Source of the DNA: a virus
Length of the DNA: 64,000 nt
Virus record (IMG/VR): IMGVR_UViG_3300049846_001717
Coordinates: 34,056 to 98,055 of that record
Direction: 5' to 3' (one strand)
Below, one piece after another: positions 18,199 through 28,018 of this stretch. A program made the translations under genes and the position numbers. The stretch's first letter is position 1. Each line of letters begins with the position of its first letter. The notes under the pieces were generated by a model. The model ran no database searches, had not been told where the DNA came from, and was given only the letters and a program-made list of their open reading frames with translations.

Positions 18199-19197
18199 TT
18201 ACTTCTTGACGGAAAGGAAATCGGAAAGTGCTGCGTCCGGAGTTGATACAACCAACTGGGCAGGAACATTCGACGGGGTTCCGGCAGTCAGGAGACCCTG
18301 ACTTCCCATCGTACCCAACTGCTTCTTAAGGTCGGCAAGACCTTCGTTACGAAGGGCTCGCTTGTTCAGGTCAATAGACCCAGCGGCCGTTCGTGACGTT
18401 TCTACGAGGATTTCGAGCTTCGCACGCTTCTCATTGTACTGCGTACGGATTCGATCGGTCGCGGCGTCATACATTTCACGCTTGGCACCACCCGCAAGAA
18501 CGGCCGAGATCTTGTTGTTCGCGGAACCCATCGCCTGGGCCGCCGCATGTCGCTGCGTCTCCAGCTGAACCTGTGTCTTGGTCGTGCTGATTTCGTAGTC
18601 CACACGCTTCAGCGCTTCGATGAGGTCTGCAATACCACTGTCCAGATCGACGCTCATTTCGGCCAGTTCATCACTGGCTCGCTTGATGGCCGCGGCGTTT
18701 TCCAACGCGGCGTTCACCGAGAGGTCTTCTTCCACCGATGTACCAGCAGCGGCGTGATCGCGAATGCCGGCTTCGGCCTGACTCTGATATTCCTTGATAT
18801 TCTTCCGATACGCGGCGACCTGCATATCCAACGTACGCTTGGCGCCCTGTACTTCGGAAATCGCTTCCACCAACTTCGCCCGCTGGTCGATGGCGAACGC
18901 AAGGAAGGACTGCATGATGGACACCGGGTCCAAATCAATGACGAGACTCGTCATCCATCGGCTGATCATCTGAAAGAGATACCAGGCCGTGTCACTTGTC
19001 ACGATCTTGTAAATCAGACCCAGTCCCGCCAACAGACCACCCAACATATAGATGTTGGTGGCGGCGGTGATGAGAATCGGAAATACGAGATTGATCAATA
19101 GTGCGGCCGGTACGGCTAACACAGCGAGTAGAATGTAACCCGCTTTACCTTCCGGACGCTTCCAAAAGGACGTAGTGTTCGTATCAGAAGTGTTCAT
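18199..19197 (-). CDS. two-TM coiled-coil protein (PspA/IM30-like)
   Basis: SFWKRPEG then two TMs and long helical region. Confidence 0.7.
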   Translation of the reverse strand: MNTSDTNTTSFWKRPEGKAGYILLAVLAVPAALLINLVFPILITAATNIYMLGGLLAGLGLIYKIVTSDTAWYLFQMISRWMTSLVIDLDPVSIMQSFLAFAIDQRAKLVEAISEVQGAKRTLDMQVAAYRKNIKEYQSQAEAGIRDHAAAGTSVEEDLSVNAALENAAAIKRASDELAEMSVDLDSGIADLIEALKRVDYEISTTKTQVQLETQRHAAAQAMGSANNKISAVLAGGAKREMYDAATDRIRTQYNEKRAKLEILVETSRTAAGSIDLNKRALRNEGLADLKKQLGTMGSQGLLTAGTPSNVPAQLVVSTPDAALSDFLSVKK

Positions 19198-19817
19198 GAA
19201 ATGAGATTGGCTGAAATGAGGTCGCGGTCGTGTTCAAGTTGAGACGCCACTACATTCGCCGCCATCTGTAGTTGCGCTTGTTTCGTACGAAGTTCAGCAT
19301 CGATCGATTGACGCTGGGATTCTGCCGTAGCCACCTTCACTCGAAGTTCGGTGATGGCCACTTCCAACTTTGCCCGTTCTGCGTTCAACGTATTGATTTC
19401 GGTGGTCTTCGCCGTAATCTGGTCGGTCAGTAGATTGGACAAACTGGACTGTAGATGTTCCGTTGCTGACTTCAGCAACCGGATTCGATCGGTGACCGAA
19501 TCGAGAATCTGTTGTGCCGTGAGCGATCGGAGGCGCATCACGCTCTTCATCGCGGTTCGTGCTCGGACATTTGGATCGGCGATGTCCTGTGCCAGATCAC
19601 CATTCATCGTGACGAAATCGGTATATCCGGGAACCGAAGACTGATTGATCTTGTCTTGGATGATTCGTAGCGCCCGGTCATCCATTGGAACACTAGACGT
19701 CGTTGCGGCCGTTACCGTTGGCGGTAACGTCGAGGAAGGAATAGACGAAACAGGCTTCGGAGCCGGCACATCATCCGTCACTAATCCCTGATCACGAAGA
19801 AAATCTCTGATACCCAT
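19194..19817 (-). CDS. coiled-coil protein, first gene of ABC/OmpA operon
   Basis: ATGA coupling to next gene; heptad-rich C-terminal half. Confidence 0.75.
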   Translation of the reverse strand: MGIRDFLRDQGLVTDDVPAPKPVSSIPSSTLPPTVTAATTSSVPMDDRALRIIQDKINQSSVPGYTDFVTMNGDLAQDIADPNVRARTAMKSVMRLRSLTAQQILDSVTDRIRLLKSATEHLQSSLSNLLTDQITAKTTEINTLNAERAKLEVAITELRVKVATAESQRQSIDAELRTKQAQLQMAANVVASQLEHDRDLISANLIS

Positions 19818-19840
19818 ATAACTCGTTGTTGAAGTGAATC

Positions 19841-20063
19841 ATGTAAAACTGAGTGATCCGACTATACTGTAGTGTTGTGAGCAAGCGACGGTTCAAAAAT
19901 CAACAGTCAACATGCAAATGACAATGTCAGTATACGGAAAAACCCCGTGTCAATCAAAATCTGAGTGATGGGATACTCGTAGGTCAACGACATTCCGCCT
20001 CGAATATTTAAGAGCCGTTGCTCTCCAAGACTGCAATACACCCGAATCACTCAGTTTTACATG
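19841..20063 (-). ncRNA. 223-nt long-hairpin candidate ncRNA
   Basis: 18-bp terminal inverted repeat CATGTAAAACTGAGTGAT/ATCACTCAGTTTTACATG plus nested stems. Confidence 0.6.
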
Positions 20064-20066
20064 ACG

Positions 20067-20648
20067 TTAGATCATGCGTTCGGCTTGAAGTACCGCCAAT
20101 TCCGCATCGGATAGCAGAATGGTTGTAGTCGCGTTGAGAGACTCCAACGCATCCTGCAACAGATCAATGTTCTTTTGTAGAGTGTGTGCCATTTCCGCCG
20201 CAGCGTTGATGGTGTCCTGTGACAGGACCGAATACGACGCAATTTCCGGCGATGCGCCGTAGGATAGGGACTGGGCATTTCGGGCAGCTTCAACGCGAGC
20301 GCGGAGCTGTTCTTCGGTCGGCACCACTGATGCCATAGCGAGGGACCGATACGTGGCCAGGCGACCCGCAAGAGCGGCCTGACGCGTGAGAAGGTCCGTA
20401 ATGCCTGAGGTGGCATTGGCCTGACCAATTTTGATACGAACGATTTCCAACGTGGAACTGAGCGTCTCGTACTGCGCGATCGCCGCACGATGCTTTTCTT
20501 CGGCCTCACGAACCTGTGTTAGAAAATCAGGATCGTGGATATTGAACCGGACCATCGACGACTGCGACTCACGTTGCAGTTCCTGCAGACGAGCGGCAAT
20601 ACGGTTACGAATCTTGGCGGCGCGGCGGAGCGAAACGGTCTGTGTCAT
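20067..20648 (-). CDS. coiled-coil protein (DIP1984-like possible)
   Basis: VSLRRAAKIR...IGQANATSG...LESLNATTTI. Confidence 0.75.
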   Translation of the reverse strand: MTQTVSLRRAAKIRNRIAARLQELQRESQSSMVRFNIHDPDFLTQVREAEEKHRAAIAQYETLSSTLEIVRIKIGQANATSGITDLLTRQAALAGRLATYRSLAMASVVPTEEQLRARVEAARNAQSLSYGASPEIASYSVLSQDTINAAAEMAHTLQKNIDLLQDALESLNATTTILLSDAELAVLQAERMI

Positions 20649-20914
20649 GAAACCTGTTGGGTTGATGTTGCGGATTGTGGTTCGAATGATTGAAGTCTAG
20701 TACCGAACGTCTAGAAAATCAAGTCCCTTCTAACTGTACACATTGTGTCTATTTGAGCTGTTTTAACCATTTCAGTACAATAGCCCGAGCTACTTCTCTG
20801 GTCAAATCATATTTGGCCTGTAACGCACACCGGAGCGTGCCTACGGTAAGCTTTTCAGATGCGTGCAAGTTATCCAAAAACTCGAAGTATTGTGTATCGG
20901 TGTTCATACAAGAC

Positions 20915-21229
20915 TCAGTTGGAAATATTGTCAGCCAATCTGCACAGAATGTTTCGAACCTGTCGTGGGGTCAACTTGGCAACGATTTTGCTTTCCATAC
21001 GAAGGATCCACGCTTCCGATGCCTCAGGATAGAAATAGTGCAGCGTTTCATGTACTAGGGTAGAAATAATCTCATCCCGTGGATCAAGCCAGATTTCCGT
21101 TGGGAAAATATTCGTATAAACGTGGCCCCGAGAATTTCGCATCTTTCGGAACGATATTTTATGACCGTCGGCCAGAAATCTATACAGCCGTTGTGTATAT
21201 CGATCGACATAAGGCTTGGTTACCGTCAT
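20915..21229 (-). CDS. small HExxH metallopeptidase-like protein
   Basis: IWLDPR...TLVHETLHYFYP. Confidence 0.7.
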   Translation of the reverse strand: MTVTKPYVDRYTQRLYRFLADGHKISFRKMRNSRGHVYTNIFPTEIWLDPRDEIISTLVHETLHYFYPEASEAWILRMESKIVAKLTPRQVRNILCRLADNISN

Positions 21230-21540
21230 GGACGAATCTCCGGAAGAAGAACAGCCCATAGATATCAGTGGTCCAGCCTTACCACCCAAAGTAGTAAAAT
21301 CTACTATCAGATTGTACAAATTCTAGAGAATTGTGCCTCACAGAGGTTTTAACTCTTTATCGGTGGTCTTTAATGTATGGAGAGTTGTTGGAATGTTAGC
21401 ACATTCTTTCTTTGGCCGCACCTTTCTTTCTTGGAGCCGGGAAAGACGCGCAGGCGGGAGTCGAGAATGTAAGAACTCAATATTACATACTCGGAACCGG
21501 CCACAAACAAAGCGTCTAGAACGTAAGTTGTGGTTATGTT

Positions 21541-21825
21541 TTAGTGCAACTGGCTAACTTCGGACCGCATCCACAATGACCATCCAGCGTCGGGAATCTT
21601 CACCGACCATAAGGTATCATCGTGTGTGGACCGGGACCAGCCATCCAGCGCCGGTAGAATCGTGGCGACCTCATCGGTCCACGCGTGTTCCACCAGCCAT
21701 TCGTTCATATGGTGTACCAACTTACTACGGGTCGGGGCCACAAATGTTTCCGTGGTGCCGTCCTGATGTACAGCGCCGCCGACATAGATACGTTGGGTTT
21801 CAGTCATATCAGTTACTTCTGCCAA
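21541..21825 (-). CDS. hypothetical protein
   Basis: ORF in co-oriented run. Confidence 0.6.
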   Translation of the reverse strand: MAEVTDMTETQRIYVGGAVHQDGTTETFVAPTRSKLVHHMNEWLVEHAWTDEVATILPALDGWSRSTHDDTLWSVKIPDAGWSLWMRSEVSQLH

Positions 21826-22190
21826 TTTTCGGTGGGTTCATCATCGTCCTCATCCGGCATTTGCATGATTTTGTCGAACACAGATTGAATCGTTTCGATC
21901 TCATCTTTACTGAGCGGACCATCCGGATCGGCAGACATTTGTTGTAACAGCTCGTCAAAGCTGTTCGCTTGGTATTTGCCGTCAGCACTACGCCAGATTT
22001 TGGTATTTGCGCCATTCAGCTCCATACCAACGTCCGCAACCAATTGTTGGGTCAGCATCTCCACGTTCAACAATCGGGAGATGATTTCTGGCGTCTTGGA
22101 TGTTTCCTTGGACAACAACAGGATAGCGATGAACAACACGCCGAATCCAAACAACATCACCATCAGCAATGCTAATGTATCTGTAGACAT
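21813..22190 (-). CDS. membrane-anchored acidic protein
   Basis: N-terminal TM; GAGG SD. Confidence 0.7.
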   Translation of the reverse strand: MSTDTLALLMVMLFGFGVLFIAILLLSKETSKTPEIISRLLNVEMLTQQLVADVGMELNGANTKIWRSADGKYQANSFDELLQQMSADPDGPLSKDEIETIQSVFDKIMQMPDEDDDEPTENWQK

Positions 22191-22392
22191 ATGTCAACCT
22201 CGTTGAATTGATGCATATAACTATCAGTTACGCTGGGTCAAATATGCTGTATAGAATGCGTGTGGCGTAATACGAAATGATGGGTAATACATCTTGCGAT
22301 GCAAAAACCAGTGGAATGATGATGATCGCGGTTCCCATCCACCACAAATTTCGTTGGATAAACGGGCGAGCGGTGGATATAGATACCATAGG

Positions 22393-22764
22393 TTACTCCT
22401 TGTCGAGAGATTCGTTTGCGATCAACGTTTCAATCTTGGTTTGTAGGGTTCGCACGGTATCCGTCAACTCGACGATTTTGTGTTCATCCGAGTCGGAGAT
22501 CGCGTACGCTTCCCAATACTTCTTCTGCCATTTGGCGGCCGCACGACGAGCTGCATCAAGTTCATCACGTAATGCATCGACTTCCAATTGATGGGTTTTA
22601 TCGATTTCTTGACGTAGTGCCGTGATTTCTGACTTATGTTCTTCCGTTTCTTTCGTCGGTCGTGAGGCGATCCATTTTTCAAAACCTTTGACGATTACTG
22701 CGCCAACGGCGGCCGCGATGGCCGCTAACACTTCCGGTGATGCAGATTGAAGACTTGACATCAA
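22393..22764 (-). CDS. TM plus coiled-coil protein
   Basis: N-terminal hydrophobic helix; GGAG SD. Confidence 0.7.
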   Translation of the reverse strand: MMSSLQSASPEVLAAIAAAVGAVIVKGFEKWIASRPTKETEEHKSEITALRQEIDKTHQLEVDALRDELDAARRAAAKWQKKYWEAYAISDSDEHKIVELTDTVRTLQTKIETLIANESLDKE

Positions 22765-22843
22765 TGGCTCCCATCCATCTGATGAACATAACGTCTATAA
22801 ATATCAAAACGTGATAGGAACCCGTAATAACTACTATGAACTA

Positions 22844-23116
22844 CTATTCAATAAAATCCGTCACCACACGTGCCGCGGCTTTGCCCACCGTTTTGAATGT
22901 GGCGAGTGGTGTTAGTGTGTCGTTGACTTTGCGTCGTGCTTCATATTGTCGCTTGCCCACCACTTCAATCGTACCAATTTCCTTGCCATTCAAGAACACC
23001 ACTCCGGTATTCGGAATGTCCGGTGCGACTTCAATACTCACATGTAGATGTTCGTAAATGCCATGATCCTTGACCACGCCATATTGAATGTAATGATCTC
23101 CAAATTTCTTTAACAT
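22844..23116 (-). CDS. hypothetical protein
   Basis: TAATG coupling with upstream gene. Confidence 0.6.
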   Translation of the reverse strand: MLKKFGDHYIQYGVVKDHGIYEHLHVSIEVAPDIPNTGVVFLNGKEIGTIEVVGKRQYEARRKVNDTLTPLATFKTVGKAAARVVTDFIE

Positions 23117-23472
23117 TATGATTTATCCGGAAGAGGAAATAGCCACCACATAGTGCCTGCCTTATCAGCGTATGCCCACAGAATCGTGCCGGGCAATTCA
23201 TATTGAAACACAGGAATTACCTCGGTTGGAATAGAGGGTCTATAGATCATACGATTCGATGTATTCAATGGAATGAACCGAGCGAGTTCACCGACATACC
23301 ATTTACTATGGAGACTTATACGTATGTCTTTTTGTATGCGAACGATGGCTGGCAACGGTACTTCGAGGGGAACATCACTGTGGATCATGCTATTGACCAA
23401 TACATTGATTATATGTTTGGATGAGATCGTATCGAAGGTTGACATATCAAATCGCCCCGTCGGTGTCTTCAC
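23116..23472 (-). CDS. hypothetical protein
   Basis: ORF in co-oriented run. Confidence 0.6.
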   Translation of the reverse strand: MKTPTGRFDMSTFDTISSKHIINVLVNSMIHSDVPLEVPLPAIVRIQKDIRISLHSKWYVGELARFIPLNTSNRMIYRPSIPTEVIPVFQYELPGTILWAYADKAGTMWWLFPLPDKS

Positions 23473-23992
23473 CCGGCCCGTCCGTCAGATATAGGTCTTC
23501 TGGTAACAGGGTACCATCAAGGGCGGATCGCAATGGATTCTGTCGAGCATCAGTTCGCGTGTTCGTTTGTTTATGTAAGATGTCGAGTGTCGCGGCAGCA
23601 ATGGAAATCGGATTATCCGACAGCGTCTCCCGGCCGGCGGCCGTACGAATCGATTCCACTTCTGCCGCATGTTGAGTTTGTAGTTGATCTAACATCGACT
23701 TGGTTATTTTTGAAATATTCGCGCGCAGTTTCTGCTCATGAATTTTACGAATTGTGTGCATGATGTTCACGGCCACCAAATCAATGGTGAACAATGTCAT
23801 CAACATAACCATAACAATGGATAACACCGACCGTGGAATGACCGACCATGCATAATATATTATATACACTGGCGGCAGAACATACCAAATGGATTGTATG
23901 ATCAGTTTGGCCCACAACGTGAGATTTTCTTTCCGGGTTTCATGCGGCCATAGCATAACACGAAGTTCGGGCCACGAGATTCGCAGGTTCAT
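23447..23992 (-). CDS. two-TM membrane protein
   Basis: hydrophobic segments; ATGA coupling. Confidence 0.65.
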   Translation of the reverse strand: MNLRISWPELRVMLWPHETRKENLTLWAKLIIQSIWYVLPPVYIIYYAWSVIPRSVLSIVMVMLMTLFTIDLVAVNIMHTIRKIHEQKLRANISKITKSMLDQLQTQHAAEVESIRTAAGRETLSDNPISIAAATLDILHKQTNTRTDARQNPLRSALDGTLLPEDLYLTDGPGEDTDGAI

Positions 23993-24334
23993 ACCAACCC
24001 CAAGAGTTTACGTTCAAGCATCGTATATTTCTGTACCACGGTGCCGGAACCGTCTCGAACGAATTCTCGAAGTTCGGCCAACAGTTTGGCGTTCTGTTCA
24101 TCTGCCGTGGTAGATGTGCCGACGGAAGTATACGACGAATTCGTCGAATCCATCGTATAGTAGGTGATTTTATAATCGGTCATTAATACTCTCCTCGAAA
24201 GAACATCACTACGTAGGGAATCCAGTTCCATGCCACCGGATGCAGGTCTGCACGTGGGATATGGTCACAATACACCAACCCCCATGCTATACAATATCCC
24301 GTGGTTATATACCAGCCTATCAGAAATATGAATG

Positions 24335-24766
24335 TCATCCAAAATATTCAGTGTCGAAAAAGACGAATCGATTGTTGTGAAATCCTACATTTCCTGGCCC
24401 AATGTCGAACAGAGACAACTTATCCGACAACCGGTGAATCGCAGACGCATGACGAAGATATTGACTATCCGTCAACACCGTCACACGTTGTTGTACCAAT
24501 ACGCCGTCAATCAACGTCGTATAGGGCACATGATCTCGATATTTGGACCGTCGGACGGATTGAATGAAGTACAGTTCATCCTCTAATGGTTGATGTGCAC
24601 CATCCCATCGGGTCTTCAATACCCAGTGGTCATTCATTACACAATACCGACTGACCCCAGCTGCAAATTCGGTGAATCCTAATCGTTGTAATGTTGGATC
24701 GGCCACCGGATCCGACGACTGTCGAACATGGGGCGCAGCCGAACGAACGTGAACAGGTAAGTACAT
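24335..24766 (-). CDS. minimal protein-kinase-fold protein
   Basis: GVSRYC...WVLK; LVQQRV hinge; DIGPGNVG catalytic loop; FVFFD. Confidence 0.65.
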   Translation of the reverse strand: MYLPVHVRSAAPHVRQSSDPVADPTLQRLGFTEFAAGVSRYCVMNDHWVLKTRWDGAHQPLEDELYFIQSVRRSKYRDHVPYTTLIDGVLVQQRVTVLTDSQYLRHASAIHRLSDKLSLFDIGPGNVGFHNNRFVFFDTEYFG

Positions 24767-24825
24767 GAAGGAAAGATAGTGGAAGGAACGAACGAAATCA
24801 AGAGCAGTTTAACTGTGTCAAATGC

Positions 24826-25080
24826 TTAGATCACACATTTGAACTGATCGGCTATAATATTTTTCCGTACTGGAAAGGACGCACGATGTATAAGTCGATT
24901 ACCATCCCGGCTCTGCACAGAATCCTCCACAATATAGTTTGGAATCTTATTGGTGAACACGTTCGCCACATAGTTGATCGTGCCGCTACCCAGGTAAAAC
25001 TCCACGTAACACCGGCCATCCGTCACATACAGATCGTACGGTAACACACCGGCGCTACAAGCAATGATGTATTCAGTCAT
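24826..25080 (-). CDS. tandem paralog family member 1
   Basis: Y-I-I...VANV...IP...FPVRKNI..DQF. Confidence 0.8.
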   Translation of the reverse strand: MTEYIIACSAGVLPYDLYVTDGRCYVEFYLGSGTINYVANVFTNKIPNYIVEDSVQSRDGNRLIHRASFPVRKNIIADQFKCVI

Positions 25081-25331
25081 GGTAATATGATTTCAAAGTC
25101 TGCCGCCGTGATACCAGGTCTGACCGGAAAACTCACGACATATCGTCGTAGACCGGCGATCGGGCTAACCTCATATAGTTGCATCTCAAGATCCGGGATT
25201 TCACCAAAGTCCACGTTCGCAACGGACCAGATGGTACCCGTATCGATTTCAAATTCCAAATAGCACCGATTGTTGTAAACTTCTATATCCGATGGCGGAT
25301 TGTCGGTACATGCAATGGGATAGGGTTTCAT
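25077..25331 (-). CDS. tandem paralog family member 2
   Basis: YPI...SVANV...IP...FPVRPGITAADF. Confidence 0.82.
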   Translation of the reverse strand: MKPYPIACTDNPPSDIEVYNNRCYLEFEIDTGTIWSVANVDFGEIPDLEMQLYEVSPIAGLRRYVVSFPVRPGITAADFEIILP

Positions 25332-25573
25332 TGGAGCACAATGTAAAAGTCCGCCGACGTCACTTCGGGACGAAGACTAATCGTCACAATGACGTCACTT
25401 GGTGAACGCGTGATCGTTTTGACTTGGTCCGGGATATCAACCCAATCAATCCCCGCGATCGAATATAAACACGGATTCCCCGTCAGCGGTTTGGTCCATC
25501 GCAGATATAACGTGTGAGTACCCACGGACATATAGTCAGGACGAATGCCGCATACAATTTTGTATTTGCTCAT
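25328..25573 (-). CDS. tandem paralog family member 3
   Basis: YKI...SIAGIDWVDIP...LRPEVTSADF. Confidence 0.82.
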   Translation of the reverse strand: MSKYKIVCGIRPDYMSVGTHTLYLRWTKPLTGNPCLYSIAGIDWVDIPDQVKTITRSPSDVIVTISLRPEVTSADFYIVLQ

Positions 25574-25830
25574 ATGATATGATATGTAAAATCATCCAAT
25601 GTAATACCGGGACGAAGTCGTAAGATTGCGGTCATGTCGATGCCACGCGACTTGGATACATACGTCATTCCAAACGAGTTGGAGGGAATATCACGCCAAT
25701 GAACACCCGCGATCGACGCCAATGGATCCACGCCAGGGGCTAGATGCAGCCATTCAATAATCAGTAGATTCTCTTCGGTTCTGATACTGATCGGATACCG
25801 GGTCATGAGAATTTCGTAACGACCGTTCAT
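25570..25830 (-). CDS. tandem paralog family member 4
   Basis: YEI...SIAGVHWRDIP...LRPGITLDDF. Confidence 0.82.
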   Translation of the reverse strand: MNGRYEILMTRYPISIRTEENLLIIEWLHLAPGVDPLASIAGVHWRDIPSNSFGMTYVSKSRGIDMTAILRLRPGITLDDFTYHII

Positions 25831-26087
25831 TAGTATAACCGAAATTGAAAATCGGATAGTGTCACGCCAGTACGAAGATGCAGCATCATCTGCAAATGTC
25901 CCGTGTCATCGTACTGTTGTTGTCGTATCAATCGGGACTCCGGAATTCGATGTATCGGCACTTCGGCAATCGACAGTAATGGTTCTATCTTTGATGATAT
26001 GTTGAACCATGACAAGATCAAGTATCCATTTGTCACCTGACAATGATCCGGCATGTGTTTGACGACAATCGTGTATTTGCCGATCAT
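25830..26087 (-). CDS. tandem paralog family member 5 (start corrected to MIGKY)
   Basis: SIAEVPIHRIP...LRTGVTLSDF; ATGA coupling. Confidence 0.8.
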   Translation of the reverse strand: MIGKYTIVVKHMPDHCQVTNGYLILSWFNISSKIEPLLSIAEVPIHRIPESRLIRQQQYDDTGHLQMMLHLRTGVTLSDFQFRLY

Positions 26088-26347
26088 ACGACCACCATTG
26101 TGAAATCGTACTGGGTCACAGTTTCTCGAAGGTATACGAACATTGTAATTTGTACACTCCCGTCGGCAAATGCCACACGACGGACGAATCGACAATGTCG
26201 AGGAATATGCGTGAACGGCACTCCAGCGATCGTCACGGCCGGAAATGTACGATCCGGTAATCGTTCCCAATTCAAAATTAATTGATGTTGCCACACCGCC
26301 CATCGATCGATGGCGTGTGACGTGCGAATTTCATACGGACCATTCAT
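26084..26347 (-). CDS. tandem paralog family member 6 (start corrected to MNGPY)
   Basis: TIAGVPFTHIP...LRETVTQYDF. Confidence 0.8.
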   Translation of the reverse strand: MNGPYEIRTSHAIDRWAVWQHQLILNWERLPDRTFPAVTIAGVPFTHIPRHCRFVRRVAFADGSVQITMFVYLRETVTQYDFTMVVV

Positions 26348-26604
26348 ACAATTTTCACGATGAAATCGTCGTTGGTCAATCCCACACGGAGGTTCAGAAT
26401 CATGACAGAATTCACCAGACCGTCCGAACGGAGGGCCGTGTGTGTTCGATACACGGAGAACGGAATGTCCATGACAGACACACCGGCAATGGAAAGCACC
26501 GGTACGGTAGGATCGGATAATGCGAACCACATCAACTTCAATTGCTGCTGATCTACCCAACCTTGTGTCGGCGATATCGTACATCGAATCTCATAAGGCT
26601 TCAT
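26344..26604 (-). CDS. tandem paralog family member 7 (start corrected to MKPYE)
   Basis: SIAGVSVMDIP...LRVGLTNDDF. Confidence 0.8.
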   Translation of the reverse strand: MKPYEIRCTISPTQGWVDQQQLKLMWFALSDPTVPVLSIAGVSVMDIPFSVYRTHTALRSDGLVNSVMILNLRVGLTNDDFIVKIV

Positions 26605-26883
26605 ACCAGCTCCATAATGAAATCCGCCGTCCGGATTCCCGGTCGCACCGGAAAGGCAACCAGCCATCGATAGTGATAGGGGGAGCCGTTCGAGCAGACG
26701 ACCCCGTCGCGGAACGGCGATTCGATCCACACCACATCCGGAATATCCGTAATTGGAATACCACACACTGTGCGCCGGACACGGGCCAGACCGTGTGGAC
26801 CACCATGTGAGATACATCACGCCGCTGATAATACTGGTGGCATGGGGTGACCGGGTACACCGGACCGGATATCGTGCGGTCAT
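26601..26883 (-). pseudogene. tandem paralog family member 8, frameshifted near 26772
   Basis: MTARYPVRC...CPA, then in shifted frame TVCGIPITDIP...FPVRPGIRTADFIMELV. Confidence 0.75.
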
Positions 26884-27143
26884 ACCACCACCAATTCGAA
26901 ATCCTTCGACAGAACTCCCGATCGCACCGGAAAGCCGAGAGTCCATCGATATCGATTGGGTACGCCAAGGATCAGAGTCTCATCACACTGTACACCCGGG
27001 ATATCTTCGATCGGGATCCCACAGACCGAGATCGCCGGACACCTTACTTGGCCCGTGAAATACCAAATGAAATAGACATTGTCGTTGAGCTTATATCGGG
27101 AGTCCGGCAGTCGGATACACCGGACCGGATATCGTGCGGTCAT
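26880..27143 (-). CDS. tandem paralog family member 9
   Basis: MTARYPVRC...SVCGIPIEDIP...FPVRSGVLSKDF. Confidence 0.82.
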   Translation of the reverse strand: MTARYPVRCIRLPDSRYKLNDNVYFIWYFTGQVRCPAISVCGIPIEDIPGVQCDETLILGVPNRYRWTLGFPVRSGVLSKDFELVVV

Positions 27144-27397
27144 ACAATCCTCACTTCGAAATCCTCTGGCATCACGCCGGCCCGGACTGGAAAACCCACC
27201 GTCCACCGATGTGAGTCCGTGATCACGCTGGATTGCGGATCTTCATGGCACCACACCCGTGGAATATTTGCAATCGGAACATCACAAACCGTGAGTGCCG
27301 GACACGGGCTGCGAAATTTAGTCCACCACACGAAATAGATACAGTCTTCGAGCTTATATCGAGTATAGGGGACTTGGGTACAATGGAGAGGGTACAT
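27140..27397 (-). CDS. tandem paralog family member 10
   Basis: TVCDVPIANIP...FPVRAGVMPEDF. Confidence 0.82.
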   Translation of the reverse strand: MYPLHCTQVPYTRYKLEDCIYFVWWTKFRSPCPALTVCDVPIANIPRVWCHEDPQSSVITDSHRWTVGFPVRAGVMPEDFEVRIV

Positions 27398-27500
27398 ATT
27401 TACCTAAATGTGTATAACAGTTCTGGCTGATTTTACCTATCGCCTACAGGAAAACGGACTAGGTCGGGGTATTCGCAATGCGATCCTGTTTGGGCCCTAT

Positions 27501-27785
27501 TTATTCAACACCGAAATCCTGGATGGTCAAGCCCTCACGGATCGGAAATCTGATTTTGATGCCGATCCGATCCTGAACGGCCCGATCCTGAACGGCGAAC
27601 TCCGGCAGGCCGTCAATGTAGTATGTGATCTCACATCGGGGGATCTGATCCACAATCCGGCCACAGACCGTCACGATCCATGCGTCGTTTGGCTTCATAC
27701 CCAACACGATCTCGGCCCATCCCTCACAAAATGTGCATCGCCACAGGCTCGTGCCGATGATGCGTACTGGATATTTGACTACCAT
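27501..27785 (-). CDS. tandem paralog family member 11
   Basis: KYPV...TVCGRIVDQIP...FPIREGLTIQDF. Confidence 0.8.
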   Translation of the reverse strand: MVVKYPVRIIGTSLWRCTFCEGWAEIVLGMKPNDAWIVTVCGRIVDQIPRCEITYYIDGLPEFAVQDRAVQDRIGIKIRFPIREGLTIQDFGVE

Positions 27786-28018
27786 GAGAAATCCTTAAAT
27801 TGAACGCCGGGCCTCACATTGAAGAAGAAAATATAGCCGGAGTGATCGGTCGAGGGCCGCCAGGTGCCGCGTGGGATCAGGTTGGCATCGACATCACAGA
27901 CGGTCAGGATGATCTCATGTGGATCGCCGATATGTTCGATCAGGATGGCGGCGACGCCGTTAAAGACGTCCATTTCAAGGATCCGCTTATTGCAGACGAC
28001 CGGATATTTGGCTACCAT
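27779..28018 (-). CDS. tandem paralog family member 12
   Basis: KYPV...TVCDVDANLIP...FNVRPGVQFKDF. Confidence 0.8.
   Translation of the reverse strand: MVAKYPVVCNKRILEMDVFNGVAAILIEHIGDPHEIILTVCDVDANLIPRGTWRPSTDHSGYIFFFNVRPGVQFKDFSW

Noticed and set aside
26344-26946. 200-aa ORF as a real single gene
   Set aside because: Composite of a frameshifted paralog and the intact downstream paralog
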